Positions 62,715-64,000 of a stretch of 64,000 nucleotides of DNA are shown in pieces. The DNA comes from Chiloscyllium plagiosum (Eukaryota). Location: assembly GCF_004010195.1 (NCBI RefSeq), contig NC_057718.1, positions 58,371,704 through 58,435,703 of the forward strand, given 5' to 3'. A program made the translations under genes and the position numbers. The first letter of the stretch is position 1. Each line of letters starts with the position of its first letter. The notes beneath the pieces are model-generated. The model saw only the letters and a program-made list of their open reading frames with translations. It had not been told where the DNA came from and did not search any database.

Positions 62715-64000
62715 ATGGCCTTTAAAATTGCTAAAGAGGTTCTGGTGTTTGAAGAGGAGTCCCAAATTCGCCAAGAAAATTTAAAAAGATAGAAGAAGGA
62801 TATGCTTTTAGAATTAGCAAATAGGTTAGAATTGGGTCTAATCAGGGACAAAAGGAAAGCTGAAATTGTAAGGGAGTTAGTCAAGCACTTAGTGTGTCAG
62901 AGAACCAGACAAGTGCAGTAGAGATAGAGAAACTTAAATTCAATTGAGGAAAATAGAGTTAGAAGATAAAGAAAGGGAGAGAAGGTATTTAGCTGAGCAG
63001 AGAGAGAGAGAGAAAAGAAAGAGAGAAGAAAGACGAAGGGAAAGACAATTTGAACTTCAGAAGTTGCGACAAAGTCAGAAAAGTCAACCTAACAGGATGG
63101 AGATGAAGAGAAGGCAGTGATACATACAAATATGTTAAAACAATGCCACACTTTGATGAGAAAGATATCGAAGCCTTCTTTATTTCATTTGAAAAATTGG
63201 CGAGGCACATGGAGTGGTCAGAGAACGTGTGGGTAATGCTAGTTCAGATTAAACTGGTAGACGGAGCTGTTGAGGTATTTGCAGCGCTGTCAGACGAGGG
63301 GTCAAGAGATTATGAAGATATCAAATAGGTTATTTTTAGTGCTTATGAATTGGTACCAGAAGAGTATAGACAACGGTTCAGAAACATAAAGAAGGAACCA
63401 CGTCAGACTTTTGTTGAGTTTGAAAGAATTAAATAAAGTAATTTTGATAAATGGTTGTGGGCTGTAAAAATAGATAAGACCTATGAGGCTCTAAGAGGGA
63501 TTATTCTGCTGGAAGAGTTTAGAAACTCACTTCCAGGGATGATAAGAACTCACATAGATGAATAAAAAGTTCAAGAAGTGAGAAGAGCAGCAGAGATGGC
63601 AGATGAATACGCATTGGTGCATAAGGCAAAGTTTAGCTTCTGGCAAGAATTTCATCCTGTGAAACAAAGAGTAGAGCACACTGGTAATTGTTTACCACAG
63701 GTTAAAAAAAGAAACCCAAGAATGTGAAAGGGAGGTGAAAGGCCTCAGGTGTTTCCACTGCGGTAAAATGGGACACGTAAAGTCACAGTGCTGATCGCTA
63801 AAGAAAGGCACTGTGGGAAAAGATGTGGTAAAAGAAGCTAAGCCAGTGGCATTAGTGAAAGTAGGAAAGGAAACCCCAAGAAAAGTCAAGGAGCTTCAGG
63901 AGAGTGCATAGCCTAGGTAGGAGCTGGGTATGGAGTTAGTACCTGACCTCTATAAAGAATTCGCCTCAGCGGGTAAAGTTTACTCAGAAAGAATGGGGGA
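62715..64000 (+). pseudogene. Gmr1-like Gypsy gag relic with SCAN-like capsid region and CCHC knuckle; runs off the window
   Basis: PHFDEKDIEAFFISFEK..W...WVMLVQ, AYELVPEEYRQRFR, TYEALRGIILLEEFRNSLP, RCFHCGKMGHVKSQC; several stops. Confidence 0.88.

Overview
Repeat-dominated vertebrate genomic DNA, most likely from a shark. The evidence is HE1-type SINEs with (TAATC)n tails and HER1/CR1 LINEs; a bamboo/epaulette shark (Hemiscylliidae) origin is an inference. There are two assembly gaps (6699-7340, 46738-47069). No intact host protein-coding gene is recognisable; nearly all long ORFs are transposon relics or N-run artefacts. The window holds many CR1 LINE copies (one near full-length at 17.85-21.3 kb), L2-like, RTE and Rex-Babar fragments, tRNA-derived SINEs, Harbinger relics and two copies of a TA-flanked MITE. 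It also holds solo LTRs, a SCAN-domain (Gmr1-like) Gypsy at the right edge, a decayed Ty1/copia element with an HVDD RT motif, and at least eight Penelope-like (PLE) insertions. The most notable structure is the PLE set. These carry minimal hammerhead ribozyme motifs (CUGANGA-A-stem II-GAAAC-GUC) and mostly occur as TSD-flanked palindromes whose inversion point sits at the ribozyme core. One has captured an inverted 101-bp copy of nearby genomic DNA. A CpG-rich, YY1-motif region at 22.6-22.9 kb and several isolated exon-like segments hint at unannotated host transcription, but this cannot be confirmed from sequence alone.
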